Assembly: GCA_002269645.1 (NCBI GenBank)
Contig: NIVC01000401.1
Span: forward strand, 238,623-302,622
Direction: 5' to 3'
DNA from: Macrostomum lignano
Lineage: Eukaryota
Length of the DNA stretch: 64,000 bases
Shown here: one piece after another, positions 1 through 28,919 of the stretch
Numbering within the stretch: the first letter of the stretch is position 1
Layout: the number at the start of each line of letters is the position of its first letter
The notes under the pieces: generated by a model
Databases searched by the model: none
Seen by the model: only the letters and a program-made list of their open reading frames with translations
Told to the model about the DNA's origin: nothing
Made by a program: the position numbers and the translations under genes

Positions 1-14795
<14,795 letters not shown>

Positions 14796-15424
14796 AATAT
14801 AGGAGAACACGTTAAATCTCTTGTCGGTATGATAAGGATTAGCTAATAAAAATGAATTCGCTGCTTCACACGCCCTATACATTCCTAACCTTGACCTTCT
14901 TTTGTAGTCATTGCGTGTTGCGCGGTGTAATTTTTATATATGGACAAATTTTTATATAGCTCTATACTGACTCCTCTCTATATGTTTAGATGCCTCGTTT
15001 CTCTCTATTTGGCAGTCTGCGTTATGTCTGGACCAAAAATTTTTTCACTGATTGCCTACTATAGTAATTTTATTTATCATAATTCAGTTCTGTCCTCAGT
15101 CAATTTCTCGCACGAAAATGTATCGACTTATTTGCTGTTTTGGTTTCTTATTTATTTACTACATTTCCTTATTAAAAACCCAACATATACTAGAATAACC
15201 GGATATGTCACTCGCAATTAGTTGTGGAAAAGCACAGCATCTACTATCTTCAGTAGTTTGTCTGTGCACTGTCACTTAAATTTAATGTGGCTGCTAAATT
15301 TTCCTTTCCTTCCTCGGGGTTTGTGACCTTAGAGTATATGGGGTTAAGAAAGAACAACAAGCATTTAACTCGATGTAAACAAGTGAACGCAAGATGGACG
15401 AAATTCGGCATAGGGAACAGGCCC

Positions 15425-15660
15425 AAGAGCTCAGCCAATGAGAGAGCAGCAAAGAGAATCTAGCTCAGCCAATGAGAGAGCAGCAAAGAGAATATTGCTC
15501 AGCCAATGAGAGCAGTAAGGAGAGACGTCAAAGTCATACGGACGAAACTCAGCCTAGGGGGCAGGCCCAAGAACTCAGCCAATCAGAGAGCAGTAAGGAG
15601 AATCTAGCTCAGCCAATGAGAGAGCAGTAAGGAAAGAGGTCAAAGTGAGTCAGCTAGCGG
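15425..15660 (+). repeat. Short dispersed-tandem CCAAT-containing repeats
   Basis: CTCAGCCAAT(G/C)AGAGAGCAG occurs about 5 times. Confidence 0.75.
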
Positions 15661-18600
15661 GCAAGAAGAAAGCTCAACTTGTCAGCTTCAAAAACTTTCA
15701 ATTTCTTGTAAAAAAATAATGCAAAAAGCGCTAATTTTGCTACTGAGAACGAATAGATAAATTTGCGAATGATGACACACCTAGTTATTCTAGTATGTGG
15801 TTAAAACTATTTGGCTTCACATTTTTGTGTTTTCTTTAGATTTCATTTGCTTCATATTCCAGAGTGCGAATAATCTATTAACGTCTTGATTTGTTAGCTC
15901 TGATTTTTTAAATTTAAATTATCTTTTACTCTTGTGTTACTGTTAAGCAGTACCGAGGACGATCCCTGGCCGTCTGGAACGCTTTGCAACGTCTACTGAC
16001 AGTAGGGCATTATGAAAAAGACACGTATTTTATACGGCGCGTCGGAAACGATACAGGCGACTAGTTTCATATGTCCGATCCTCAACTATCAGTTGCGCTG
16101 CTGCCCGTTGATTGAAATTATCCAGAGTTTTCCTGTCTTAATTAACTCTCTGTTGCTGGCTTTTGCACCTGGCTTTCCGCGTGTTGGTAACTTGCTTTTA
16201 CCCTTTTTCTTTCTTCTATAAAGCACTTACTGCGATTGACTGTTTGAACCAAGCATACCAAGCCTTAGATTTTGGGAAATTTTCTGTCTGTCATTGATAT
16301 CGATGACTGAGTTGTTGATTTTGTACGTTGAGTTTTCGTAATAAAAAGCACCATTAATTTAACAATTAGAATTTAGTAAAAACAAAATACATATGCTATC
16401 AAACTATTTAAAACTCAGTAGTACTAATCGCCTCTCCCTACGCAGTCTTTTGCTAACCTTCGCCCTTGTTTTATTGTCATCCTCGCGCCCAAGGGGGTTG
16501 CTCGTGTACATTATATGTAGCTCTGACGAATGTACATTATTTCTACCCTCCAATTTTCTCTCCACTCCATTTTATTGCTCTATATTCACTCCCCGGGATT
16601 AAGCAAACTGCTATGTACATTTCTGCCTTACTGGCAAATGTACATCATTCCTCCGCTGCTAATAGAACCGATTTCTATGTCACGTGATTTCTCTCCCGCT
16701 AAAATCTTATCTAGCCTTACTCTCGTATTAATGCCCACTTTAATTGTCTTTTCCCTAGAACAGAAAAATAGCAGCTGGAGTCCTGGAGAATTTCCATTTC
16801 ATCAACTGAATAGAAACTTTAAAAAATTAAGCAGGTTAAATTACTAGAATATGAAATAGCCAATAAAAGACCCCTTAGCTATATTTAGTCCCCTTGAGCA
16901 GTGATTGATGATTCCAAAACTGATTATTCTCTTCTTGTGTCTTGTTTCGTTTCCTTTCACGCAACTAAATGTCGTCAACTGTTATTGCAATGCCTGTTGG
17001 ACAAAGTGTGGCTTTTTTTCACGAAACCTGTCGCTTACATCTGAACAGACCTGTCATCGTACAGCCTGCGCAGTTGAAGCTCTGCGTAGTGTTGATCGGG
17101 CAGTCTCTCTCTCCCTGTCGTTATCAGTTTCACTTGATATTTCTTGTTTTTTGTTTTAATTTTCTTACTTTAAACCTATCTTGCTTGCGAAACCAGCTGT
17201 GTGTTGACTTTGTTTCTCTTTATGTAGTCAAGTTCCAATATAGTCGGTTACTTGCAGTAGTATAATAGCACACTAACGGGAAATTTTTAGCGCACACCTT
17301 TAAATTGAATGCCTCGTTTGTCAGACAATAGGGTTAAATTGTCTTGATCCGGTATCACACTTTTTTATGATTTATCACATGATAATATTTTATTCAAGTC
17401 CAAATAAGCCTATTATTGACTTCTAGCAGAGCTCAATCTCGCAGATTGCCTCGTAATAAGAAAAGAAAAATTGTATGATTTATTAAGAATTTGTTGTCTT
17501 AGACGTAATATATTTATATTTATATTTATAGGTGGCTGGATAAAAGACCCGGTTTTGGCTAGCACCTTAATTCATATAGTGTTATTTGAGTTACAGGATG
17601 CACAAGTTATCCACACAAGAGATAAAAGTGCTCATGTTCCGGTCAGTTTAGTGTGACCCCCAGAACTCCGCCACTGTTGCATCTCCTGTGCCATTCTTGT
17701 TTCCCGTGTCCTTTTCCTTGCAAATTTTTTATATCGAGTCTTCACCTTGCATTACGAGTCGCTATATTCCTACCCCTTAAAACTGATGTAACGATGATGA
17801 TAAAAATTAAAATATAAAGTGAAAAAGTAAATGTCATATTATATTCTACTGGTTCGCCTATCACACTTATGTGACTTCGCTTAAATGCAAGTGCAATGCT
17901 GGGCACAAGTGGTTCTCTATAGGATTTGCTACTCTTATAGAATCGTTGGCTTAACTTTCTGGGTGCATCTAACCTTAGTACATCTGTGCCTTTAGTTGCG
18001 AGTAAAAAGCACGATTATGTACATTTTTTCATTATTATATTATATTAAAGATGTCTTCTTGATGCCAGAACTACATATAGCTAATGCTGCAGGTAGAGCA
18101 TTCCATAACCTCACTAGAACAGTGTGTATGAGCGAATAATCGTTTATGTCACCAAAAAGTAGCAACAATTCAACTAACGATATTTTTATCAAGTCGATTT
18201 GACTAGGTAGGTATTGTACATGTAAGTGTGCATTTGGGGTACACATGCATATTTATATGCATACATGCACGCATACAATACATATTTGATCTGAAGCTGC
18301 TGGCAACACATAAATGCATGTAGACGTATACTGAGGTCGGTTTTATGTATTCCTACACTACACAGGGGAAACATTTTCTGAATACATCGTAACATAGCGA
18401 TCGACTGTTTTAGTCTTTTTGCTAAACAAGCGACAACATTACGAATAATTGGACTGTATAATAAGATTAAGGTGATTTACCTTTGCGTATAGGGCTTTTT
18501 AGACCCAGCTATACCTATGCATATTACGTGTACACGTAGCGCTTGGCGCTCTATATATATTCAGGATGACAAAAAGACATTTAAGGCGGAAATTCGAGCT

Positions 18601-19335
18601 ACCATGTCAAGACGATTGGTTAAAGTAAAGTAAATTTTGAAAAGTTACCTTGAAATTTCAGTTGGAACTCTAGTGCGATACCCCCTGGGGCGACACAGCC
18701 GCACCCAAGTGGCTTTTCTCAAAACACCGAGTCATTAAATTAATTTTGGAAATACCTTTTATCTTTTAACACCTTTCTTTGTGATGTTTTGGAGGCTGAT
18801 AACTCAACCATATATGCGCTGAAAGACTCCATATTCCCACCATCGCGATTCACGTCCTTGGTACGGTCCCTTGGCGCATTTTTCGCAGAAAAGTATTACC
18901 AATACCGCTAGATATGCCTTCAATAAATGACTCATTCCTTCCACTCATTCTTTTTTGCAAGATCTTCTGTCCATTCATCACCCTTTGTTTTTTCTATTTA
19001 ATTGCCATTAAGTCGTTAGACGTTAAAAGTTGCTCATCTTTTTTTCTTTTTTTCAGGCTTTCATATAACATTTTGTACAATAATCGCCAAATGTTGACAA
19101 ATTTCACGCTATACTTGTCTTTTTTAATTCCTTACTTTTCTTACTTCGTTTGTCGTTAAAGCTCGTTCAAAGTTTTGTTAATAACATTTACGCGCTCTTT
19201 CAAATACTATATTGCAAAACTCGTATGTCGTACTTAAATAACTCATGCATAAATATTGCCTTCTACACTAATTCTTGAATTATTCTTAAATGACACTGAA
19301 ATATATTGGCCAAACAGGCTTCTTGCCTGAGCCAA

Positions 19336-19366
<31 letters not shown>

Positions 19367-20826
19367 ATTGGGGCCTTCTTAAGTCCCTTTAAACAACACT
19401 TAAGAAGAGCATTGCTTGCTCTCCACCGTCGCTTCGCTACTCCAGCTCTAAATCGAAACAGTCAGCTCCGGTATAAAATTAGTTTTTAACTTCGTAACTT
19501 CGTAATAGGCATGATAGGCACCATTGAAGGCATAAACAGGCCTATTATTTGTGGTAATTTACTGGTAAATATATGGTAAAATATGTTTGTTATCGTTAAA
19601 TTACAATTTAGTATAAAAAATTGATTTGTATCATGTCTATTTGATAGGCTAAGCCATTCAAAGGTTCAAATTTTATATTTGTATTATGGGTAGGGGGGCC
19701 TAGTTAGTTTCAAATCTATTATTGTAGCCTGCCTGAGGCCCCCATCAGTATTTATAAATAGGCCTATTAATATGATTGATTAAAATTAAATATATTAATT
19801 AATATTACAATAGCTAGGGCCTATTGCCCATTGAGTTGCTAATTAATGGTACAAAGAGAGAGTAGATATAGTAGAGATTCAATGCTATGGCCATCTTGGT
19901 GTGTGGCCATCTTGGTCTTACACCACCTAATTTTCTCTAAATTTATTTTAGCCAAGTAAAATAGGCATAGGCCTATATATAAAGAATAAAGCTGTAAAGC
20001 TTGTTAGGGCCTAATAATATCCAATTTAAAATAATATTATAAAGCCAAGCCTACACAAAAAATTAAATTAGATATATTTTATTATAAAAGATCATTTAAA
20101 ATTAAAAGGTGCAATAAGATCTATTTTTATATACAAGATTGGAATTTCAATTTCTGCTAAGATTATAGATTTTAAGATTTGTTTTAAGATCTTGTCTTTA
20201 TTCACTATAGCTAAAAGTTAGTTAGAATTGTATAATAAGATATCTATGGTATAAATTAATTATGGAAAAACTATAAAGAATACAAAAAAGTTAAATTGGT
20301 TATTTTCTATCAATATAGATATTATATTGTTATTAGATACCTTTTACCATTTGCAATATAGTATAGTGTAGGTTAAAATTTAATTAAATTTCTACTAATG
20401 TTTTTAAGCTTTTTTCTATTAGTAGGCCTATTAGTAAATATATATTTATCTACATTGATTAAATAATAATTATCTAAAATCTTCCATAGTTACTATAGAA
20501 TTTAAATGTTTTTTATTTATAAATCTTATATAAAACGTTTATATTCATTTCCATGATTATTATTACTATTATTCATGTTATGAAATTTTATTTTTTTAGC
20601 TTATATGTTTTTTGATATTTAAAAATGCAAACAATAACTTTCTGAGTATATTAACTTCTATTTTTATATTTGTCAATGGTATACCTAGGATTTTCCATTG
20701 GGAAGAAGGCCACATTGAGAAAAGAGATTAATTAACAGACTTGCTACTTTTGCTTTTACAGTTTGATTGTAATGAAATAGATTACAGATTAGATTTGTAA
20801 TGTAGCATGTTAGTTTTCTATTGTTA

Positions 20827-22164
20827 CAAGAGGTGCGCAAAAAGTATTGGCAACTGGGTTCCCAATTGCAGATAAATTGTTAGTAAATCTTAAAACATTA
20901 TTAAAGTCATTCAATGTAATCTCTGCCATGTTCTATGCATTTCTGGTGACAGCAGATCCATGCCTCGAAGGCAGCGTGGTACTCTGAAGCTGGCATGGTG
21001 TTCAGCTCTGAATTGATGCGGCGAGCCAGGTCTTGGGGCCGCTGAAAATGGCATCTAGCCATGCATTCAGTCGGCTTCGGGAATGCCCAGAAGTCGCAGG
21101 GTGCCAAATCAAGACTGTACGGAGGGTGTGGTATCACTTTGAGCTTGTTATCAGCCAAAAAGCTTGTTGTCATGGCCACAGTATGGCTGGAGGCATTGTC
21201 GTGGTGCAAGTGAATTCTGCCACTTTGGAGGCGGGTTGGCTGCTTTTTCATGACTGAAGCCACGACTTTAGGCAAAACCTTGCCAGTATAGAACGTGGCA
21301 TTGACATTCTGTCCATTTGGCACCATAACAACTGTCTCTGGCCCATTGATGCTGAAAAAGACAACAAACATCTGCTTCCTTGAGCGAAACCCTGGGTGCA
21401 GAACAGTTGGATGGTCTTCATTGGAACCAATCCAAACCTTGTTTTGGTTCTTGTAAGGCACTTAGAAAGTAGTAGAACCACTTCTCATCACCAGTCACAA
21501 CATCAGTAAGTCGTTTAGTGCCACCTTTGCCGAAGCATTGCAGAAATTCTTGGCTGCATTGAACCCTCTCTTGCTTCTGCTCTGCTGTCAATGCGTGCAT
21601 GAGGTACCCAACGGGCTGTGACCTTGCGGAGGCCAAGATGGTCATGCAAGATGGTTCGGACACTGCCATCAAAAATGCCAATTGTCTGGCTAAGTAGTGC
21701 AACAGTGATATTGCGATCTTCATCCACCAGCTGTCGCACAGCAACAATGTACTGCTTGGTCATGGATGTCATTGGCCTCCCAGAACGAGGGCTGTCAGTC
21801 ATGGAGCATCAACCAGCACTGACCAATTCAATCCAATGGGCGATGGTGCGGTACAAAATGGGCTTGATCTGCTACAACTTAGACTAGCTTGGCATGAATT
21901 TTGGTGGCATTTTCTCTGAGCTGCAATTGCATGAAAACATAAAATCTCCACTGATCAGCAGTGATATTTTCCATTTGAAGGCTGAAAACGAGACTGTACA
22001 TTAATTAAAATGCTCTAGGAAGCGAAAAAAAATCAATGCAATGAGCTGAAAATTTATGAACAAACACAAAATATGGTCATATTTATAAGATTAAAAAATG
22101 GTTACATTTAAACGTTTATTTAAAAGTTATAAGCCAGTTGCCAAGACTTTTTGTGCACTTCTCG
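20827..22164 (-). mobile_element. Mariner (Tc1/mariner, DD34D) DNA transposon, full length and decayed
   Basis: TIRs CAAGAGGTGCGCAAAAAGTATTGGCAACTGG and CCAGTTGCCAAGACTTTTTGTGCACTTCTCG, each flanked by TA. Length 1338 bp. Confidence 0.95.
20907..21932 (-). pseudogene. Mariner transposase pseudogene
   Basis: Motifs are spread over three or more frames with internal stops: DSPRSGRP, LRKVTARWVPH (WVPH), VTGDEKWFYY, HHDNASSH, PHPPYSLDLAPCDFW. There are 34 residues between the second and third Asp. Confidence 0.93.
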
Positions 22165-23861
22165 TATTTTATTGACTTGACAATTGGTCAAAAATACCTG
22201 GGCTAATAAAATATAAAACAGAAAGTGGTATTCAGCCTAGTGGCTACCACATCATAGACCTTCGTTACCTCCCCCCTAGGCAATTGAAAGGGCCATGGCT
22301 CCCCTAGCCTCCCTGCATATGCCATTGACATTTGTAACCAAATAGCAGCTTTTTAATCATATTTTTATCATATTTTTAGCATTCAAATAGCTATAACTAT
22401 TAATTATATAAGAAAGAATATGCTTAAGGCAACATAAACACAAATATGCTTAAGGCAATTTGTATTTCAATGCAAAATTTCATATTCAGGGCCTACAAAA
22501 ATCATCACAACAAACTCTATATTTTAACTAGAAAAATAACCAAAGCAATAGATAGAATGATTTTATTTTAGTCTAGTCAATAAATATGCAATATAATAAA
22601 GACAAAAAGAGTCACCCTCAGTACCAACTCACAACAATCTAAATTGGTATTCCACCTTTATTACTAGCAAGCTTCATGTTCAAGCTAGGCTTATATAACT
22701 TAATATACAAAGCTTTAATAATTATCAGTTTTAAATCATTTTTGTATCCATCTAACACTTAGAATAGCTACATCAGATCATTGTTACAATATGCAATGCA
22801 ACCTTTTAGCTAGTATTCTCTTGTGTATAAGTATAGAAAACACTTATCAATAAAGAAATGGACAAAGTTTCTTTTAGAAATTCATAGCTCACTATGTCTA
22901 ATAAAAATTTTTCTATCAAAAATATAGATCTAATGTAGATTATTCACACTCTAAAGCAGAGAAGAAATTGATTTCTTGTGCTGAAAGACCCTCAATCTCA
23001 TGTGGCCTTCTAAGTTTGGTTTAGCCATTCTACTGGTAGATGCTGCAGCACAGCTTATGCTTTGAAACACTCAGTGCCTTGAACAATAAGACAGTCAAAA
23101 GGCTGCTGTACACCTAAGTGTGCTTGGGCGTGTATTTACTCATTTGATTGATTTTTCAGCTAGGCTGGTGGCATGGGCAGCACGTTAAACTTCATAGGTT
23201 TATTTAACCAGCTGCTTCGAGTTCAAGACCAACCTCAGCCATAAGTCTAATGTCTTTTTCGATAAAGAGTGCTTGTGCTTAATTGCATACTGCCACGTAT
23301 GTCTCCTTCAGTTCACAGTCGATTAGAGGCCACAGTCTCCAACAGTTAGGCAGTGATTAAATGAGACCGTTCGTTTATTCCTGGTGTCCTTCCCCAGATT
23401 GCGTGGGATTACATTGGAATATTGGACTGTGCTGGGAAATCCCGGCAGTGTCAGTCCTTAAGCTTCCTTTCCTTCCCCCAATATTTTTCTCACTGAGTGT
23501 GTGTATTTATTGCCTTGATCCTAGCTACTTCTTCTTATCCCTCGCTTTGCCGCTAGTCCTACTAGTGGCTTCATTTTCTCCCCAGATCCCCAATCTGCTA
23601 TTATTATTATAACCGGGATAGTCCAACCCTCAGATTAGGGATAGTTTTTAGCTATCAAGGACAGCCTACGAACCATACAGTTTATATTTATTTAGATGCG
23701 TATTCGCTCACCGTGTGCAGCTGATGTCGCGATGATGCTAGCTATAAGCACGTATTCGTTAAGTGCACTTCCTCGCAGGGCCTTAGCATATCAACAACTT
23801 GGCCTCAACTGAATAATTAGTGCACTTAGATTTCTATACTAAGCCGGAGTGAAGTTTCTGG

Positions 23862-26800
23862 GTCGCTATCTTATCAGTAGTGAGGATTCTGAGTCGCTAT
23901 CTTATCAGGAGTGAGGATTCTGAGTCGCTATCTTATCAGGAGTGAGGATTCTGAGTCGCTATCTTAGGAGTGAGGATTCTGAGTCGCTATCTTATCAGGA
24001 GTGAGGATTCTGAGTCGCTATCTTAGGAGTGAGGATTCTGAGTCGCTATCTTATCAGGAGTGAGGATTCTGAGTCGCTATCTTATCAGGAGTGAGGATTC
24101 TGAGTCGCTATCTTAGGAGTGAGGATTCTGAGTCGCTATCTTATCAGGAGTGAGGATTCTGAGTCGCTATCTTATCAGGAGTGAGGATTCTGAGTCGCTA
24201 TCTTATCAGGAGTGAGGATTCTGAGTCGCTATCTTATCAGGAGTGAGGATTCTGAGTCGCTATCTTATCAGGAGTGAGGATTCTGAGTCGCTATCTTAGG
24301 AGTGAGGATTCTGAGTCGCTATCTTATCAGGAGTGAGGATTCTGAGTCGCTATCTTAGGAGTGAGGATTCTGAGTCGCTATCTTATCAGGAGTGAGGATT
24401 CTGAGTCGCTATCTTATCAGGAGTGAGGATTCTGAGTCGCTATCTTATCAGGAGTGAGGATTCTGAGTCGCTATCTTAGGAGTGAGGATTCTGAGTCGCT
24501 ATCTTATCAGGAGTGAGGATTCTGAGTCGCTATCTTAGGAGTGAGGATTCTGAGTCGCTATCTTATCAGGAGTGAGGATTCTGAGTCGCTATCTTATCAG
24601 GAGTGAGGATTCTGAGTCGCTATCTTAGGAGTGAGGATTCTGAGTCGCTATCTTATCAGGAGTGAGGATTCTGAGTCGCTATCTTAGGAGTGAGGATTCT
24701 GAGTCGCTATCTTAGGAGTGAGGATTCTGAGTCGCTATCTTATCAGTAGTGAGGATTCTGAGTCGCTATCTTAGGAGTGAGGATTCTGAGTCGCTATCTT
24801 ATCAGGAGTGAGGATTCTGAGTCGCTATCTTAGGAGTGAGGATTCTGAGTCGCTATCTTAGGAGTGAGGATTCTGAGTCGCTATCTTATCAGGAGTGAGG
24901 ATTCTGAGTCGCTATCTTAGGAGTGAGGATTCTGAGTCGCTATCTTATCAGGAGTGAGGATTCTGAGTCGCTATCTTATCAGGAGTGAGGATTCTGAGTC
25001 GCTATCTTATCAGGAGTGAGGATTCTGAGTCGCTATCTTAGGAGTGAGGATTCTGAGTCGCTATCTTATCAGGAGTGAGGATTCTGAGTCGCTATCTTAG
25101 GAGTGAGGATTCTGAGTCACTATCTTATCAGGAGTGAGGATTCTGAGTCGCTATCTTAGGAGTGAGGATTCTGAGTCGCTATCTTATCAGGAATGAGGAT
25201 TCTGAGTCGCTATCTTATCAGGAGTGAGGATTCTGAGTCGCTATCTTAGGAGTGAGGATTCTGAGTCGCTATCTTAGGAGTGAGGATTCTGAGTCACTAT
25301 CTTATCAGGAGTGAGGATTCTGAGTCGCTATCTTAGGAGTGAGGATTCTGAGTCGCTATCTTAGGAGTGAGGATTCTGAGTCGCTATCTTATCAGGAGTG
25401 AGGATTCTGAGTCGCTATCTTAGGAGTGAGGATTCTGAGTCGCTATCTTATCAGGAGTAAGGATTCTGAGTCGCTATCTTATCAGGAGTGAGGATTCTGA
25501 GTTGCTATCTTAGGAGTGAGGATTCTGAGTCGCTATCTTATCAGGAGTGAGGATTCTGAGTCGCTATCTTAGGAGTGAGGATTCTGAGTCGCTATCTTAT
25601 CAGGAGTAAGGATTCTGAGTCGCTATCTTATCAGGAGTGAGGATTCTGAGTCGCTATCTTATCAGGAGTGAGGATTCTGAGTCGCTATCTTAGGAGTGAG
25701 GATTCTGAGTCGCTATCTTATCAGGAGTGAGGATTCTGAGTCGCTATCTTAGGAGTGAGGATTCTGAGTCACTATCTTATCAGGAGTGAGGATTCTGAGT
25801 CGCTATCTTAGGAGTGAGGATTCTGAGTCGCTATCTTATCAGGAATGAGGATTCTGAGTCGCTATCTTATCAGGAGTGAGGATTCTGAGTCGCTATCTTA
25901 GGAGTGAGGATTCTGAGTCGCTATCTTAGGAGTGAGGATTCTGAGTCACTATCTTATCAGGAGTGAGGATTCTGAGTCGCTATCTTAGGAGTGAGGATTC
26001 TGAGTCGCTATCTTAGGAGTGAGGATTCTGAGTCGCTATCTTATCAGGAGTGAGGATTCTGAGTCGCTATCTTAGGAGTGAGGATTCTGAGTCGCTATCT
26101 TATCAGGAGTGAGGATTCTGAGTCGCTATCTTATCAGGAGTGAGGATTCTGAGTCGCTATCTTATCAGGAGTGAGGATTCTGAGTCGCTATCTTAGGAGT
26201 GAGGATTCTGAGTCGCTATCTTATCAGGAGTGAGGATTCTGAGTCGCTATCTTAGGAGTGAGGATTCTGAGTCGCTATCTTATCAGGAGTGAGGATTCTG
26301 AGTCGCTATCTTATCAGGAGTGAGGATTCTGAGTTGCTATCTTAGGAGTGAGGATTCTGAGTCGCTATCTTATCAGGAGTGAGGATTCTGAGTCGCTATC
26401 TTAGGAGTGAGGATTCTGAGTCGCTATCTTATCAGGAGTGAGGATTCTGAGTTGCTATCTTAGGAGTGAGGATTCTGAGTCGCTATCTTATCAGGAGTGA
26501 GGATTCTGAGTCGCTATCTTAGGAGTGAGGATTCTGAGTCGCTATCTTATCAGGAATGAGGATTCTGAGTCGCTATCTAATCAGGAGTGAGGATTATGAG
26601 TCGCTATCTTATCAGGAATGAGGATTCTGAGTCGCTATCTTAGGAGTGAGGATTCTGAGTCGCTATCTAATCAGGAGTGAGGATTATGAGTCGCTATCTT
26701 AGGAGTGAGGATTCTGAGTCGCTATCTTATCAGGAGTGAGGATTCTGAGTTGCTATCTTAGGAGTGAGGATTCTGAGTCGCTATCTTAGGAGTGAGGATT

Positions 26801-26993
26801 CTGAGTCGCTATCTTATCAGGAGTGAGGATTCTGAGTCGCTATCTTATCAGGAGTGAGGATTCTGAGTTGCTATCTTAGGAGTGAGGATTCTGAGTCGCT
26901 ATCTTAGGAGTCAGGATTCTGAGTCGCTATCTTATCAGGAGTGAGGATTCTGAGTCGCTATCTTAGGAGTGAGGATTCTGAGTCGCTATCTCA
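23862..26993 (+). repeat. 3.1-kb two-variant (31/28-bp) minisatellite
   Basis: GAGTGAGGATTCTGAGTCGCTATCTTATCAG interspersed with GAGTGAGGATTCTGAGTCGCTATCTTAG. Confidence 0.97.
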
Positions 26994-27699
26994 TCTCTGT
27001 TAATAAACTTTTATTTTATGTACCGAGTTTATTGAGAATATAGCAGCACATCACTCTAATTTTGAGGCCAATCTGCTTATCAAGCCAATCTGTTCCAATT
27101 CATTCATCTATACTTAAGTCCTGCCTATCCATTATCGCCGTGCTGAGGCTGTCCAGGTCTTCCCTGCCGGGCAGACACTTATTGAACTTGTGAGACCGGT
27201 TGCTGATCTGGCCTTTTCCTTTAGATTTAAAAGTTCACGCCAATAAGATAGATACTTTCGCCCTTCCTCTCGCCGTCTCGCTCTATATAGTTCGCAATCG
27301 ATGAGGCGGGCTATTGGTAAAGATGGAAAAAAATGAGTGCAGAAAGGTTTTTTCGTACAGAAAGCTTTCAGCAGCTATTGACTGATGCAACAGAGCCTGC
27401 TCATTTCCGATCCTGTTAGTTTTTACTGCCTTATATTTATCTATATCTTTGATCAGTGATGACAGTTGATAGTGAAAACCGTCTTGCTTTTGGTTAGTTT
27501 AGTATAAGCTTCTGGCTGTTTAAAGTAGATATCCACTTGATTTGCTGCTAGCTAGCTAATATTGTATAGTTTTTTGGTTAGATTTTTTCATATTTTGGAG
27601 CCCTCACAGACGTAGGTCTCAGATTTAGTGTCCGCTGTAGGAAAAATGTCTAATTCAATGTCTGTCTCCGCAGTGAGATCTCCCAGAGCCGCTTGAGTG

Positions 27700-28420
27700 A
27701 GACCACCCGGCCTTTGTCTATATCGTGAGCGAGATCTCAGAGTTTCTGTCTATATCGTTAGTGAGATCTCAGACTTTCTACTCAGACTGATCTCAGACTG
27801 TCTGTTCCTGAGTGAGACTTCCATGAGTTTCTGTCTGTATCGTGAGTGAAACTTCCATGAGTTTCTGTCTGTATCGTGAGTGAGACTTCCATGAGTTTCT
27901 GTCTGTATCGTGAGTGAGACTTCCATGAGTTTCTGTCTGTATCCTGAGTGAGACTTCCATGAGTTTCTGTCTGTATCGTGAGTGAGACTTCCATGAGTTT
28001 CTGTCTGTATCGTGAGTGAAACTTCCATGAGTTTCTGTCTGTTCCTGAGTGAGACTTCCATGAGTTTCTGTCTGTATCGTGAGTGAAACTTCCATGAGTT
28101 TCTGTCTGTATCGTGAGTGAAACTTCCATGAGTTTCTGTCTGTATCTTGAGTGAGACTTCCATGAGTTTCTGTCTGTATCGTGAGTGAGACTTCCATGAG
28201 TTTCTGTCTGTATCGTGAGTGAAACTTCCATGAGTTTCTGTCTGTATCGTGAGTGAGACTTCCATGAGTTTCTGTCTGTATCTTGAGTGAGATCTCAGAC
28301 TCTGTCTGTATCGTGAGTGAGATCTCAGACTTTCTGTCTGTATCGTGAGTGAGATCTCAGACTTTCTGTCTGTATCGTGAGTGAGATCTCAGACTTTCTG
28401 TCTGTATCGTGAGTGAGATG
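27700..28420 (+). repeat. 34-bp minisatellite
   Basis: Unit TTCCATGAGTTTCTGTCTGTATCGTGAGTGAGAC. Confidence 0.95.
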
Positions 28421-28919
28421 TGTTGCAGATTTTTTAATCAAACCTTGAAGGAATGCTGCCTAACTGCCTTCGAAATCTATATTTATCTTCGAGTTTCGTG
28501 TTTCCAAAGAATAAGTAAAATCGTTTATCATTATTATCGTAAATAGGAAACAAACTACAAACTAAAATTAGATATCGCTAAAAATAAATTGGCAAAAACT
28601 CGGCTAAATTCGTTCGCTTTGCTGTCTTTGTAAAATTACTGGACAATTTCCTGTGCGGATCAAAGGAAAGCTGGGAACACAGTCCTATTGAGTCCTGTAA
28701 ACTTGTGCTTTCGGCTAAAAAAATCCTTATAATTTTGTGCACGCGTATAAATCTTTGTGGATTCCTTTCGAGATCAGGTATAATTTTTTAGCACCAGTTT
28801 TTATCGATATTGAATTGCAAGGATGGTTTCTAAAGTGCCGAGAATTCTGCCATAAATTTTGAAACACCCCTCGTACGTTGTGTCAATAAAAACTATGATG
28901 GAATCTCACAAAATGACAA

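Noticed and set aside
19337-19460. (TAAG)n tail with an upstream RRWR-encoding stretch on the - strand, suggestive of an RTE-type LINE 3' end
   Set aside because: It is too short and no reverse transcriptase motif was found, so it cannot be supported without a search.
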